A stretch of DNA of 64,000 nt from Bdellovibrionota bacterium (GCA_041739995.1 JBGSMV010000080.1:1-64000); one strand, 5' to 3'. Shown: positions 40,063 through 50,607, counted from the first letter of the stretch. A program made the numbers and translations. Notes: generated by a model from the letters alone, not told the origin.

Positions 40063-42270
40063 ATGTCTCAGACTAGAGTACTGTTCTACGTTCCCTATGG
40101 GGGCTGGACTGTCCACAACCAGGTGGAAGCCGCTATCGCTTCCGCGCTCAGGGTTCGGGGCGCCGAAGTTATGGTGGTTGGGTGCGACGGCCTATTCTCG
40201 GAACGTTGTTATATTCTTAGTGGTTCTAAAACACCCGAAGCCGACTGCGCCCATTGCACAAAAACTGGGGTAGATTTTTTTGGAGCATTTCAATTACCGC
40301 TAGTGCAACTACGCTCGGCCCTCCAAAAGGGCGACTACGATGGGATCGATAGCTGGCTGAACGATCAGGATCCTGCGCACTTCCCCGAGCTCACTTTTGA
40401 GGAGATTCCTGTTGGTAAACTGACTTCACCAGCAGTATGTGGGTTTCATACGATAGGTCCCACCCTGCTCCGAGAAGCCGACCCGCAGTACACGCATCGG
40501 CTTTATCTGAAATATTGGCTGCTCACCTATGCCGGACTCAATCGAATATTCGAACAATTCAAACCAACTCACACGGTCATTTTCCACGGAGCTGGTTTCT
40601 CGCATTCAGCAGCACTTTCACTTTCGAAAAAACGTGGGGTACCGATAGTCACGCATGAGAAGGGCTGGGTACCTCGTTCCTTCCTGATGGCGATCGATGA
40701 AACCGTGATAGGACCTTATTCGCGCGCAAAGTCTTCACGAGCCTGGCTTCCGTACCCCTTATCTGCAGAGGAGGTGAAAAAGGCAGGGGAACTCTTTACC
40801 GACTGGGAGGAAGGCAAGAATAGGGTCACCGGACGATTCTTTTCCTATTCAACCGATCCTACTCGCCTGCGGGAGCATCTTGGAATCCCCTCCGATGCCA
40901 GAATTTTCTCCGTCTTTACCACCAGCGAGCATGAGATCCTTTATCTGGATGAATGGGGAATCTTACATGAACAAGTTCTGATGATTGAGCGTCTCGCCGA
41001 GATATTTCGTTCGAGAAAAGAATACTTAGTTATCCGTCACCACCCAAACGTCTGTAACCCTCTTCATCCAGGTCCCGACTCAGATTACCTCGAGAGGCTG
41101 CTCGCACTTTCGCAGCGACTTCCCTCAAATGTGCGAATGATCATGCCGTATGAGTCGGTAAATTCTTACAGCCTCCTCTGGCATAGCGACGCCACTTTCT
41201 CGACAATCTCCACCATTGGTCTTGAAGCCGTCGCTCGCGGCATTCCGAGCGCTTCGCTTTCATGTTCAAGTTTCAGCGCTTCGATGCAAATGACTCTCGA
41301 ATCGCTCGAACCTTCCGACCTCGAAAGAATGGTCAACGATCTCCTATCGACACCTCTGAGCGCCTCTCTCGAGCAAATAGCGAAGGCCTATCGCGTCCTT
41401 TTCACGCAGATGTTTAGGTTTCCCCTTACCTTTAAAACCATTGGTGTCGACGAGAACCGGAGGCCTGAGATTAAGATTGAATCTGTAGAGCAACTTCTAC
41501 CTGGTGCAGATCCGGTGATGGATCGAGTATGCGACTATTTCCTGAGGGGAACTTCTCTGCATGAGATTCCAGGTGACAACGCGCAAAATCGTAACGAGCA
41601 TGATGAACGAAACGCTCTCGCCGAGGAGCGCGAGCGCTTCGTGCAGGCACGCGCGTTAGCTCGCGGGTCAGCACAAACTCAGGCGCCGCTCCCACTTTCA
41701 ATGGCCGTGGTACTCGCTCGATACACCGATGGAGAGGCTCAGCAGCCGTGGTGGCTGGGCCGCCAAAGGACTAAACAATACCGCTTCTATCCCGCACAAG
41801 TACCCTCTCACGCTGACTGGCGAGAGCAGCTGATCTCGTTACAAAGAGTTATTATGGAACGCGAGGAAGCGCTTGTACTACCGGCACACCCGTCTTGCGA
41901 GTATGATGAATGCTTGATGCAATCGTCAAGCGAAGCCATAAGCTGCTCCGAGCGTCACATTGACGCGGTGCTTTGGGGAGCATGGCTGTATGATAAGAAT
42001 TCAAAGTTGATTAGCGGGGCCTATACTCCCTACCACAAAGTGAGTTCGTGGGAGGAACTCCTTAAGCATATGCCACAACTTGGAACGGTTACTGGGCAGC
42101 TAGGCCTGGGAGTATTCAGACGTGATTTTTTAGTGAGACTCCTCTCTGAGATGGGCGCTGCGAAGAACGAGCAGGTTGCTGCCTTTGAACTATTTAGACT
42201 GCTCTCGGGAGATGCTGTACTTCGGCTCGAACAACCAATGGTGTTTTATAAACAGGATCTCCAGGGATGA
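40063..42270 (+). CDS. capsule-synthesis (KpsS/LipB-like) GT-B protein with extra C-terminal domain; candidate nonulosonate transferase
   Basis: HEKG, LVIRHHP, VNSYSL and STIGLEA motifs; N-terminal CxxC. Confidence 0.6.
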   Translation: MSQTRVLFYVPYGGWTVHNQVEAAIASALRVRGAEVMVVGCDGLFSERCYILSGSKTPEADCAHCTKTGVDFFGAFQLPLVQLRSALQKGDYDGIDSWLNDQDPAHFPELTFEEIPVGKLTSPAVCGFHTIGPTLLREADPQYTHRLYLKYWLLTYAGLNRIFEQFKPTHTVIFHGAGFSHSAALSLSKKRGVPIVTHEKGWVPRSFLMAIDETVIGPYSRAKSSRAWLPYPLSAEEVKKAGELFTDWEEGKNRVTGRFFSYSTDPTRLREHLGIPSDARIFSVFTTSEHEILYLDEWGILHEQVLMIERLAEIFRSRKEYLVIRHHPNVCNPLHPGPDSDYLERLLALSQRLPSNVRMIMPYESVNSYSLLWHSDATFSTISTIGLEAVARGIPSASLSCSSFSASMQMTLESLEPSDLERMVNDLLSTPLSASLEQIAKAYRVLFTQMFRFPLTFKTIGVDENRRPEIKIESVEQLLPGADPVMDRVCDYFLRGTSLHEIPGDNAQNRNEHDERNALAEERERFVQARALARGSAQTQAPLPLSMAVVLARYTDGEAQQPWWLGRQRTKQYRFYPAQVPSHADWREQLISLQRVIMEREEALVLPAHPSCEYDECLMQSSSEAISCSERHIDAVLWGAWLYDKNSKLISGAYTPYHKVSSWEELLKHMPQLGTVTGQLGLGVFRRDFLVRLLSEMGAAKNEQVAAFELFRLLSGDAVLRLEQPMVFYKQDLQG

Positions 42271-43094
42271 AAACCGGTAGCGCCACCGCAATGTTTGATC
42301 TGACCGGAAAGGTGATCGTGGTCACCGGTGCTGCAGGTATCCTCGGCGGTCATTTTAGTCGTGCACTTGCGGGCAGTGGCGGCACCCTCGCACTTCTTGA
42401 TCAACAACGACTCGAAGTCGAGGAACTCGCAAAATCGATTGCCCTTGAGTTCGGTGTTGATGCGATTGGACTCCATTGTGACGTGACTGATCCGAAGTCT
42501 GTCATACAAGCCGTAGATCAGGTCGAAGACCGATTTGGTCACATCGATGTCTTACATAACAATGCCGCAACAAAGGGGAAGGATCCCCGTGCCTTCTTTG
42601 ATCCTTTTGAGGACTTCTCTCTCCGTACTTGGCGCGAGATTATGTCGGTCAACATCGATGGGATGTTTTTAATGGCTCAGGCCGTCGGTCGAAAAATGAA
42701 AGCGAGAGGCAACGGTGGAAGTATAATTCAAACCGCGTCAATATATGGAGTCGTTGCGCCAGACCAGAGAATCTACGAAGGCTCGAACTACCTCGGAGGC
42801 ACCATTAATACTCCTGCGGTATATTCAACATCAAAGGCAGCGGTCATTGGCCTTTCGCAACATCTTTCAACCTACTGGGGCCCACTTGGAATTCGAGTGA
42901 ACACTCTCACCCCTGGCGGCGTGCAAAGCGGCCAAAATGGTGAATTTGTGCGCAAGTATAGCGAACGAGTCCCGCTCGGACGCATGGCAACACCCGATGA
43001 CCTTAGTGGCGCACTGGTATACCTCGCATCCGACGCTTCTCGCTATGTAACGGGGCAGAATTTGGTGGTCGATGGAGGCTTCACCGTTTGGTGA
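42267..43094 (+). CDS. short-chain dehydrogenase, PtmA-like (legionaminic acid pathway)
   Basis: TGAAGILG, NNA, ASIYGVVAPD.RIY, YSTSK. Confidence 0.85.
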   Translation: MKTGSATAMFDLTGKVIVVTGAAGILGGHFSRALAGSGGTLALLDQQRLEVEELAKSIALEFGVDAIGLHCDVTDPKSVIQAVDQVEDRFGHIDVLHNNAATKGKDPRAFFDPFEDFSLRTWREIMSVNIDGMFLMAQAVGRKMKARGNGGSIIQTASIYGVVAPDQRIYEGSNYLGGTINTPAVYSTSKAAVIGLSQHLSTYWGPLGIRVNTLTPGGVQSGQNGEFVRKYSERVPLGRMATPDDLSGALVYLASDASRYVTGQNLVVDGGFTVW

Positions 43095-43109
43095 CCAGCA
43101 GGAGTTAGT

Positions 43110-44033
43110 ATGGGGTGCTGCACCCGCGTAATCGCCCGCTTGGACATTAAAGGTCCAAATGTAATTAAGGGACTCCAGTTCGAGGGGCACCGCGTTTTGG
43201 GCACTGCGGATGCATTAGCAACTGCATACTACCGAGCCGGGATCGACGAGATAATTTATCAGGACACTGTCGCCAGCCTCTATCAACGCTCCAACATTGC
43301 GGAACTCATCAAGCGCGCTGCTACCGGTATCTTTGTCCCCATAGCGGTTGGAGGCGGGCTACGAAGCATAGAAGATATGCGAAACGTACTTCGCGCCGGG
43401 GCGGATAAAGTTATCTTGAATACCGGTGCAGTAAAATCTCCGTCGCTAATAGACGCAGGTGCCCGCGAGTTCGGATCTCAGTGCATTGTTTGCTCAATCG
43501 AAACCGCTCGAATCAATGGTGAATATAAGGTTTGGGTTGACTATGGACGTGAGGTCTCCTCTCTAGACCCCGTCAGCTGGGCTCAAGAAGTAGTGAATCG
43601 TGGCGCTGGCGAGATTATCATCAACTCACTTATGCATGACGGCATGGGTGAAGGGTTCGATTTGGATATAATCAGCCAAATTGCAGAAAAAGTCTCGGTG
43701 CCGGTGGTAGCCTCGGGTGGTGCTGGCAAGAGGGAGCACTGTCTCGACGTGCTGCGCTCAACCTCCGCGAATGCCGTAGTAGTAGGCTCGATGTTTCACT
43801 ACCACTATCTGCAAAACTCCACTCAGGCATTACCACAGCAACCTTCTCACCTACTCGGCGGAGAAATCGATCAGGGAAACTTCGATTTTATAAAAGATGG
43901 TTATGGAGGTGATCGCGCCATTATGGTGCAGCCAACCTCGGTGCAAGAGGTCAAAACGTTCTTGAGTGAAAATGGGATTGTCGTTCGCACCGCAATTTCG
44001 TCACCTCTGCCTGACCATAGGGTGTCAGAATGA
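43110..44033 (+). CDS. HisF-like cyclase subunit of glycan acetamidino modification (WbuZ-like)
   Basis: RVIARLDIKG..VIKG, VASLY, VGGG, ASGGAG; next to the amidotransferase. Confidence 0.85.
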   Translation: MGCCTRVIARLDIKGPNVIKGLQFEGHRVLGTADALATAYYRAGIDEIIYQDTVASLYQRSNIAELIKRAATGIFVPIAVGGGLRSIEDMRNVLRAGADKVILNTGAVKSPSLIDAGAREFGSQCIVCSIETARINGEYKVWVDYGREVSSLDPVSWAQEVVNRGAGEIIINSLMHDGMGEGFDLDIISQIAEKVSVPVVASGGAGKREHCLDVLRSTSANAVVVGSMFHYHYLQNSTQALPQQPSHLLGGEIDQGNFDFIKDGYGGDRAIMVQPTSVQEVKTFLSENGIVVRTAISSPLPDHRVSE

Positions 44034-44707
44034 AAACTCAATCAATTGTAGTGATTGACTATGGTGTAGGAAACCTCTTCAACGTTGAGTCCGCTTGCAA
44101 AGCGCTCGATCTTGATTTTCTCACCACCACCGATCCTCAGGTAGTTAGTAATGCTGCTCGCATCCTATTGCCTGGAGTCGGCGCTTTTAGACCAGCGATG
44201 CAACGCCTCCATGACGGTGGACTGATAGAACCACTGCGTAACTTCGTTACATCTGGACGGCCACTTCTCGGTATATGCCTTGGCATGCAGTTACTTTTCT
44301 CTACCTCTGAGGAGCACGGCTCCTGGAACGGCCTTAATTTTATTCCTGGAAAGGTCGTACGTCTCCACGAGGGTGCAGCCGCTTCCAATTCACAGGTCAA
44401 AATCCCCCATATTGGGTGGAATATGGTCAACCGTAGCCCCGATCACCCCTCTCAATCAGTTCTCGATGGTCTACCTGCTCCAATATCGGTGTACTTTAAC
44501 CACTCTTTCATGGCGGTACCGGTCGACCCAAATGTCGTGCTCGGACATTGTTCGTATGGCGAGAACTCTGTCGCATCTGTGATTCGACATAACAACATTC
44601 ATGGATGCCAGTTTCATCCAGAACGAAGCGCGGATGCGGGACTACGAATTTTGTATAATTTTGCTCACCTAGATGGTCTAGGATCAACCCACACGGGAGG
44701 ATATTAA
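44030..44707 (+). CDS. HisH-like glutaminase subunit (WbuY-like)
   Basis: IDYGVGN, PGVGAF, GICLGMQ, PHIGWN, QFHPE. Confidence 0.9.
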   Translation: MKTQSIVVIDYGVGNLFNVESACKALDLDFLTTTDPQVVSNAARILLPGVGAFRPAMQRLHDGGLIEPLRNFVTSGRPLLGICLGMQLLFSTSEEHGSWNGLNFIPGKVVRLHEGAAASNSQVKIPHIGWNMVNRSPDHPSQSVLDGLPAPISVYFNHSFMAVPVDPNVVLGHCSYGENSVASVIRHNNIHGCQFHPERSADAGLRILYNFAHLDGLGSTHTGGY

Positions 44708-44708
44708 G

Positions 44709-45908
44709 ATGAGCAACCATCACCACTCCCAGCTCGACCGCCAGTTTGATTCTCTTCCGAAGGAAGTAGCCTTCTGCAAAAACTGTGTGGTTTCCAATCA
44801 GCGTCCTCGCACAAGATTCAACGCAGAAGGGGTCTGCTCGGCCTGCCAGTGGGCTCACGAGAAGGACCATCTCGTTGACTGGATAGAAAGGGAGCGTGAG
44901 CTGAAGGATTTATGCGACCGCTTTCGAAGTCCCACTGGTGGCTTTGATGTGGTGGTTCCCGGTAGCGGCGGAAAGGACAGCGCATACGTTGCGCACCAAC
45001 TAAAGCATCGATACGGCATGCACCCTCTGTGCGTAACCTGGGCACCCTTCGAGTGGACCCCAATCGGCTTTGCTAACCTGCAAGCATTTAATCGCGCCGG
45101 ATTTACAAATTTGATTACACAACCCGACGGGAAATTGCATCGAGCTCTCTCTCGTCTCGCATTCGAGCTCAAAGGCGATGCATGGGAACCATTTGCCTAC
45201 GGCCAGAAATCGCTTGCGTTTCACCTTGCCTGTCGCTTCGGTATTAAACTTATTTTTTATGGCGAGAATGGAGAGCTAGAGTACGGGGGTTCGGAACGGC
45301 ACAAGAATCTCCCCAAGGAAGGGCCTGAGGAGTGGAAAGACGCATATTTCAAAGGAGCGTCCCTCGATGAGGTTATTGAAACTGGGTTGTCTCGGGGAGT
45401 GATAGAGAAATTCGATCTCTGCAACGCTTCGCTTGAACTTTACAAAGCGCCACCTCTACAGGAAATCCAAGAGCATGGCGCTGAAATGCACTGGTTTTCT
45501 TATTATCGAAAGTGGACCCCTCAGGAGAATTTCTACTATGCCGCACGCCATACTGGATTCTTAACCAACCCCGAGGGCCGCTCAGAAGGTACTTATACCA
45601 GGTACGCGAGCTTGGATGATAAGGCAGATGGATTCCATTGGTACCTGAGCTACATGAAGTTTGGCATGGGTCGAGCCTCACGTGATGCGCAAGGCGACAT
45701 TCGCAGACATCACCTCACAAGAGAAGAGGGCGTTGCGCTCGTACGAAGATATGACGGAGAGTTCCCTGCTCGATATTTTGATTGGTTTTTGAAGTATCTC
45801 GAAATTACCCGAGAGCGTTTTTGGGAGGTAATGGACATGTACAGGTCTCTGTCTAACGTGTGGCGCAAAGACGGGAAGGAGTGGGTCATGACTCATCCAG
45901 TGAAATAA
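44709..45908 (+). CDS. N-acetyl sugar amidotransferase (WbuX/PseA/PtmG-like)
   Basis: FCKNC...RPR, CSAC, PP-loop SGGKDS, GENGE.EYGG, KFG.GRA. Confidence 0.92.
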   Translation: MSNHHHSQLDRQFDSLPKEVAFCKNCVVSNQRPRTRFNAEGVCSACQWAHEKDHLVDWIERERELKDLCDRFRSPTGGFDVVVPGSGGKDSAYVAHQLKHRYGMHPLCVTWAPFEWTPIGFANLQAFNRAGFTNLITQPDGKLHRALSRLAFELKGDAWEPFAYGQKSLAFHLACRFGIKLIFYGENGELEYGGSERHKNLPKEGPEEWKDAYFKGASLDEVIETGLSRGVIEKFDLCNASLELYKAPPLQEIQEHGAEMHWFSYYRKWTPQENFYYAARHTGFLTNPEGRSEGTYTRYASLDDKADGFHWYLSYMKFGMGRASRDAQGDIRRHHLTREEGVALVRRYDGEFPARYFDWFLKYLEITRERFWEVMDMYRSLSNVWRKDGKEWVMTHPVK

Positions 45909-47062
45909 TGACTATTCGAGTATGTGTGGTAACGGGAACAAGGGCAGATTACGGACATCTTGCAAGTCTGCTAAAGTTGCTACGCGACGATCAAGAGATC
46001 GAACTCCAACTGATTGTTGCAGCGATGCACCTCTCGGCAGAGCATGGCAATACCATTATCGAGATTCAGCAGGACGGTTTTGAGATTGCCGCTAAAGTTG
46101 AATCTGTAGTCGAGGGGAATGATGGCTCAGCCGTTGCACGATCTACCGCGCTCGCCCTAGTCGGCTTCTCGAATGCTTTTGCCAATCTTAGACCAGACGT
46201 GGTTCTCCTTCTCGGGGATCGCTATGAGATGGGGGCAGCAGCTCAGGCCGCACTTTTCTCGAAACACCCTATCGTGCACATCAATGGTGGCGATAACACC
46301 GCCGGAAGCTACGACGATGCGATTCGCCATTTCATCACCAAATGCGCTCAGCTTCACTTCGTAACCAGCACAACCGCTGCACGACGAGTTGCTCAGCTTG
46401 GGGAAGCTCCCGACAGCATATTCAACGTCGGAAGCCTCTCGCTCGACAACATTAAACAAACCGCCCTTCTCTCACGAGAAGAGCTAGAGAGCTCCCTGGA
46501 CTTTCGCTTTAAGCAGAGAAACATTTTAGTCACTTACCACCCAGCCACTGCAGACGAAGTAGACGCTACAGAAGAACTTAACGAACTATTGGCCGCACTT
46601 GATTGTTTCGGCTCAGAAGTCGGCATAATTTTTACAAAACCTAACCACGACACAGGCGGAGCTGCAATTATTGAAGTCTTGAAGCACTATGTTTCATCTC
46701 GACCACATACCGCGTTAAGAGCAAGCCTCGGTCGGCAACGCTACTATAGCGCGGTGAACATAGTGGACGTGGTCTTGGGAAACTCTTCGAGTGGGATTCA
46801 TGAAGCTCCCGTACTCAAAACACCCACCGTTAACGTGGGAAATCGCCAACGCGGACGCTTCATGCCTAGCTCGGTACTCTCAGTCGACGGGAAGAGAGAT
46901 CAGATTCACCAAGCACTCCTTAAAGCTTTTGCTACCGCGGTTACTGACACCTCCACTGAATACGGGGACGGAACTGCAGGTCCGAAGATATTGGCGACTC
47001 TTAAAGAGCAATGGAAACTGGGAAAAATGAGGAGTGTCTTAAAAGACTTTCATGACTTGTAG
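45908..47062 (+). CDS. neuC: hydrolysing NDP-sugar 2-epimerase (NeuC/LegG)
   Basis: VTGTRADYG, LGDRYE, TYHP, GNSSSG..EAP, RQ.GR; TAATG coupling to the upstream gene. Confidence 0.92.
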   Translation: MTIRVCVVTGTRADYGHLASLLKLLRDDQEIELQLIVAAMHLSAEHGNTIIEIQQDGFEIAAKVESVVEGNDGSAVARSTALALVGFSNAFANLRPDVVLLLGDRYEMGAAAQAALFSKHPIVHINGGDNTAGSYDDAIRHFITKCAQLHFVTSTTAARRVAQLGEAPDSIFNVGSLSLDNIKQTALLSREELESSLDFRFKQRNILVTYHPATADEVDATEELNELLAALDCFGSEVGIIFTKPNHDTGGAAIIEVLKHYVSSRPHTALRASLGRQRYYSAVNIVDVVLGNSSSGIHEAPVLKTPTVNVGNRQRGRFMPSSVLSVDGKRDQIHQALLKAFATAVTDTSTEYGDGTAGPKILATLKEQWKLGKMRSVLKDFHDL

Positions 47063-47762
47063 CACAGAGAAATCTGCCCTTTTAGTGGGGAAAGCCGGTC
47101 ACCCCTTTCTTCCACAAGCGATAGCTCTTGCCAAAGAAGTCTTTGCATCCGTCGAAGTTGTGGAAGGAAAACGAGGTGACCCGCTACCTCAACAGTTTGC
47201 TACCTGGAGAGGCGACTATCTCATCTCTTATCTTTCTCAATGGGTGATTCCTGCCGAGACACTCCAACACGCTCGCGTAGAGGCGATCAATTTTCATCCT
47301 GGGCCACCAGCATATCCTGGCATCGGGTGCACCAACTTCGCGCTCTACAATCAAGAGCTGTCCTTTGGAGCAACGTGCCATCGAATGGTAGCTAAAGTTG
47401 ATACAGGTGATATTCTTTTTGTTGCGCGATGCCCAGTGCTGGTCTCCGACAGTGTTCTTAGTCTAACCGAGCGCTGTTATGCCCTCATCTGGGAGCTCTA
47501 CGCTGAGACTTTGGGGAAAATTCGTGATGGCGTTCCATTCATACCTTGTGGTGAGACGTGGAGCAGACAGCCCTACACACGAAAGGAACTAGATGCCCTT
47601 TGCCAAATCACCCCAGACATGTCCGTTAACGAAGTAGCTCGGAGAGTGAGAGCTACAAACTACCCAAACATGCCAGGCCCCTTCGTCGAGATCGGGGGAT
47701 TTAAATTCAACCTCGACCTGCACGCGATGTCTTTGCCTAAAGGTTCTTCCTGTAAGAAGTAA
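47052..47762 (+). CDS. sugar N-formyltransferase
   Basis: INFHPG, GATCHRM..VDTGDI. Confidence 0.85.
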   Translation: MTCSTEKSALLVGKAGHPFLPQAIALAKEVFASVEVVEGKRGDPLPQQFATWRGDYLISYLSQWVIPAETLQHARVEAINFHPGPPAYPGIGCTNFALYNQELSFGATCHRMVAKVDTGDILFVARCPVLVSDSVLSLTERCYALIWELYAETLGKIRDGVPFIPCGETWSRQPYTRKELDALCQITPDMSVNEVARRVRATNYPNMPGPFVEIGGFKFNLDLHAMSLPKGSSCKK

Positions 47763-47988
47763 TGCTGTCTTTGTCGCCGCACAAAACGCCCGCACTGCGC
47801 TGGCGCAAGACCAGCGTGATACTTGGCTCCGCTACGGCATCCGACAAGGCTTGCTCCCACACTCAAAATATCTTTATATTTCAGCTCGTTACAGAGCGGC
47901 GCTGACCCAAATGGAGGGGAAAGGCCTGAATCCCTAGGGACCGCCAGCTCATCAAAATTTATTGGAACAGTTCCAAGCGCAGTGTCTT

Positions 47989-48339
47989 ATGTCTAATGCA
48001 CCCGATCATTCATTCGAGCTACTTGGCCACCGATTCTTTTTCGGAGAGCCCCCGCCAACGCACGCCCAAGCTATTCAAGAGTGGCAAAAGCAGTACAGCG
48101 GCATGGCAGAGGCGGAAGCTGCAATAGCTCAGTACAACTCTGGGAACCTGGAAGAAGCACTGCATCAGTTAACTCGCCTTGTAGTCTTTCAGCCAGATTT
48201 TTTTTCCCTCTATATTCTTAAGGCAGTGGTAGAGGTGAATTTGGGGAAAATAGAGGATGCTCGCAAATCGCTAAATTGGGTGCTGGTTAAAGACCCCACC
48301 TCTACTCAAGCCCGTCAGTTATTGGAGCAACTGGGATAA
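47989..48339 (+). CDS. small TPR protein
   Basis: Two TPR-like motifs (G.LEEA..., LGK.EDAR...DP). Confidence 0.65.
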   Translation: MSNAPDHSFELLGHRFFFGEPPPTHAQAIQEWQKQYSGMAEAEAAIAQYNSGNLEEALHQLTRLVVFQPDFFSLYILKAVVEVNLGKIEDARKSLNWVLVKDPTSTQARQLLEQLG

Positions 48340-48368
48340 ACAGAAAACAGATCAGGGATTGATCCAAA

Positions 48369-49337
48369 ATGGAACCCTCAATAAGTCGAACAGAAGAACA
48401 GTCAGGCGTCTTTGCCGGTCAAGGCGGCGGGGATGCTATCGTTTGCTATTGTCACCGCCTCACCCACACCGACCTGGTGGAAGCTCATAAGAAGTGTGGA
48501 AGCCTTGCCCAACTAGAAGAGACCACGAGGGCAGGACGTGGCTGCGGCGGATGTAGAGTCGTACTGCAATCGCTCTTCGGTGGCAGACATAGCGATGTAG
48601 TGGACTTCGACAAGGTCGCTTCCCAAGGAACTCTGTGCGTAAAGCCAGGGCACAAAGTGATGAAGGGGTTCGTGGTCGCCAACGAGCACCTTGAGTCTTC
48701 TGTATTCTCATCCAACTGTGTGGCTCCTCAGCTAGGCACCTGCGACACCACCACTCGCATCGAGTATGGACTCATCGACCACAAAGGCACTCCGGTTCTT
48801 CATCGCCATGAAGTCGTGCCGACGAATGCGACATTTCGTTTTGATACTAAGAACGAAGATATTCCTCGACCATTCTACGGTATGTTCTTTCTCACACTCG
48901 ATCGCGAAAATGTTGGTGCAGCTCGATTCAACATCTACTGGCGCGGACAGAATTCCATTTGCTCCACTCATGAAAATGCGAACACCGGTCGCCCTCGCGT
49001 CTCTGTTCCCATTATCGTAACCGAAGATTTTCTTCGAAGCTGCAATTCCCTTTACGTTGCGCTTATAAATCCACATTCGCGCGCCAATCCCTTCGCGCTC
49101 ACTGTTCATGAGGTAGATACTGGCGAGGTCCTCACCTGGAAAACAGATCTTGGTCCGTTTGGTTCGACCTGGATTAACGCCAGTGAATATCTATTTGGCC
49201 CTGCGGTCTCCAAAAACAGAAAAGGGCGCTTTGCCCTCACTGTAGAAACCGCGACGCTGCACCCTCAAGGCGCTATCACCGTCTACTTTTTTGTACATAA
49301 TCGGCGACACAACACATGGACGTCCAACCACCTCTAG
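48369..49337 (+). CDS. BFD-like [2Fe-2S] domain fused to an unknown beta-rich domain
   Basis: IVCYCH...TRAGRGCGGC is the BFD-type CxC...CxxC motif. Confidence 0.75.
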   Translation: MEPSISRTEEQSGVFAGQGGGDAIVCYCHRLTHTDLVEAHKKCGSLAQLEETTRAGRGCGGCRVVLQSLFGGRHSDVVDFDKVASQGTLCVKPGHKVMKGFVVANEHLESSVFSSNCVAPQLGTCDTTTRIEYGLIDHKGTPVLHRHEVVPTNATFRFDTKNEDIPRPFYGMFFLTLDRENVGAARFNIYWRGQNSICSTHENANTGRPRVSVPIIVTEDFLRSCNSLYVALINPHSRANPFALTVHEVDTGEVLTWKTDLGPFGSTWINASEYLFGPAVSKNRKGRFALTVETATLHPQGAITVYFFVHNRRHNTWTSNHL

Positions 49338-50095
49338 CATACGACCCGGAAACGGTTCGGCAGGAATACTGTTGCGGAGTGCTTCTTCCGACCGACGAGT
49401 ATACTACGTCGATCACCAATTTCCCTGGGGGAAATTGCTTTCCCTACTGGGACACAAAAGGCGATTTCTTTTTGTCCTGCTCTATTTTTTCTGACGGCAA
49501 GCGTCATGCAGTCGTACATTCAAAGCACTGCAACGAGAAGGGTTATCTAGAGGTCCACATCGACCATGCCACACAGTTCTCCGAAAAGCCGTTGAGTGGA
49601 TTGGTGCTTATTGAACTTACTCTCCCGAAGAAGGTTCCCGTCGACCTCTACACCGCGCATGTACATAAAAAAACGGGCATCTACGTTTCGTACCCTTCTG
49701 GTCATTTCGTCGGAGATACGCTCTACACTGCCACACGCGCCCGCGAGCTATTCAATACCGGCTTTTGGCCTGGATTAGTGAGCAGCGATACCGCTGAGAC
49801 TTCTGTTATCTTAATGAACCCCTACAAAATTCCGTTCTCGTATCAACTGTCGCTCTTTCTCCCTGATGGTCGAAAACTTCAAACGGACGTAATGAAAGTA
49901 CTCCCCTTTCGCTTCCAGATACATGCGATTGAAGAAACATTCCCTGAAGTCAAAAACTTGAGTGTAGAAGATAGGGAATGCTGCTCTATATGCATTTCTT
50001 CACAGTATAATCTTGTCGGATACGTCATGATTAAAGACAGAGGCACCGGCGCATTCACGTCGATTGACCACCTCCACCCTTATGTTTTGATCTAG
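49316..50095 (+). CDS. hypothetical beta-rich protein, apparent paralog of the upstream gene's C-terminal region
   Basis: Overlaps the upstream ORF; shares the L.NP...L and terminal TS..HL patterns. Confidence 0.65.
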   Translation: MDVQPPLAYDPETVRQEYCCGVLLPTDEYTTSITNFPGGNCFPYWDTKGDFFLSCSIFSDGKRHAVVHSKHCNEKGYLEVHIDHATQFSEKPLSGLVLIELTLPKKVPVDLYTAHVHKKTGIYVSYPSGHFVGDTLYTATRARELFNTGFWPGLVSSDTAETSVILMNPYKIPFSYQLSLFLPDGRKLQTDVMKVLPFRFQIHAIEETFPEVKNLSVEDRECCSICISSQYNLVGYVMIKDRGTGAFTSIDHLHPYVLI

Positions 50096-50097
50096 CC

Positions 50098-50544
50098 ATG
50101 AGTAGCTTTAGGACAACCCAACATCAAACATCTCTCCCCAGCGGCGCCAGAATCGCCGTCGATGTAATCGAGGTGCTGAGCGATGAGAACTGCCGCACCC
50201 CCTCTTTTGGTCAGGTGCTCAACAGCGAATTAGCGCTTAATCAAGGTGAGGTGGTGATACTTACCACTTCTTGGGATTCGGTCAGGGCCGAGGCAGAGAA
50301 GTCCCTACCACTACTTACCACCTCACCGTCCGTGCGTGCTGTTCTTAAATATCAAGCGCCATGGTTTGCGACATTTACTCGCCAGGCCCTTCAAAGCTCA
50401 GGAAACTTTCCGAACGAGATAACTCTGGAAGATGCGCTGTCGCTTTTCGTACAGCGTGCAAAGTTACGTCGAGAATTCTCATTTATTGAGCTGACCGATC
50501 CCATCAAATTCTCAAAAAGCGAGATGAAGATGGGAGGACCCTGA
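50098..50544 (+). CDS. hypothetical protein
   Basis: ATG 2 nt after the previous stop; 148 aa. Confidence 0.55.
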   Translation: MSSFRTTQHQTSLPSGARIAVDVIEVLSDENCRTPSFGQVLNSELALNQGEVVILTTSWDSVRAEAEKSLPLLTTSPSVRAVLKYQAPWFATFTRQALQSSGNFPNEITLEDALSLFVQRAKLRREFSFIELTDPIKFSKSEMKMGGP

Positions 50545-50607
50545 TAGAGAGGACAGGATGTCCGACCGCGGACTGGAGCAAAGCGTAAGTACGCGAAGTG
50601 ACGTGGA

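Noticed and set aside
43110..44707. hisF/hisH as histidine biosynthesis genes
   Set aside because: Coupled to an N-acetyl sugar amidotransferase with no other his genes; this is the WbuXYZ-type arrangement
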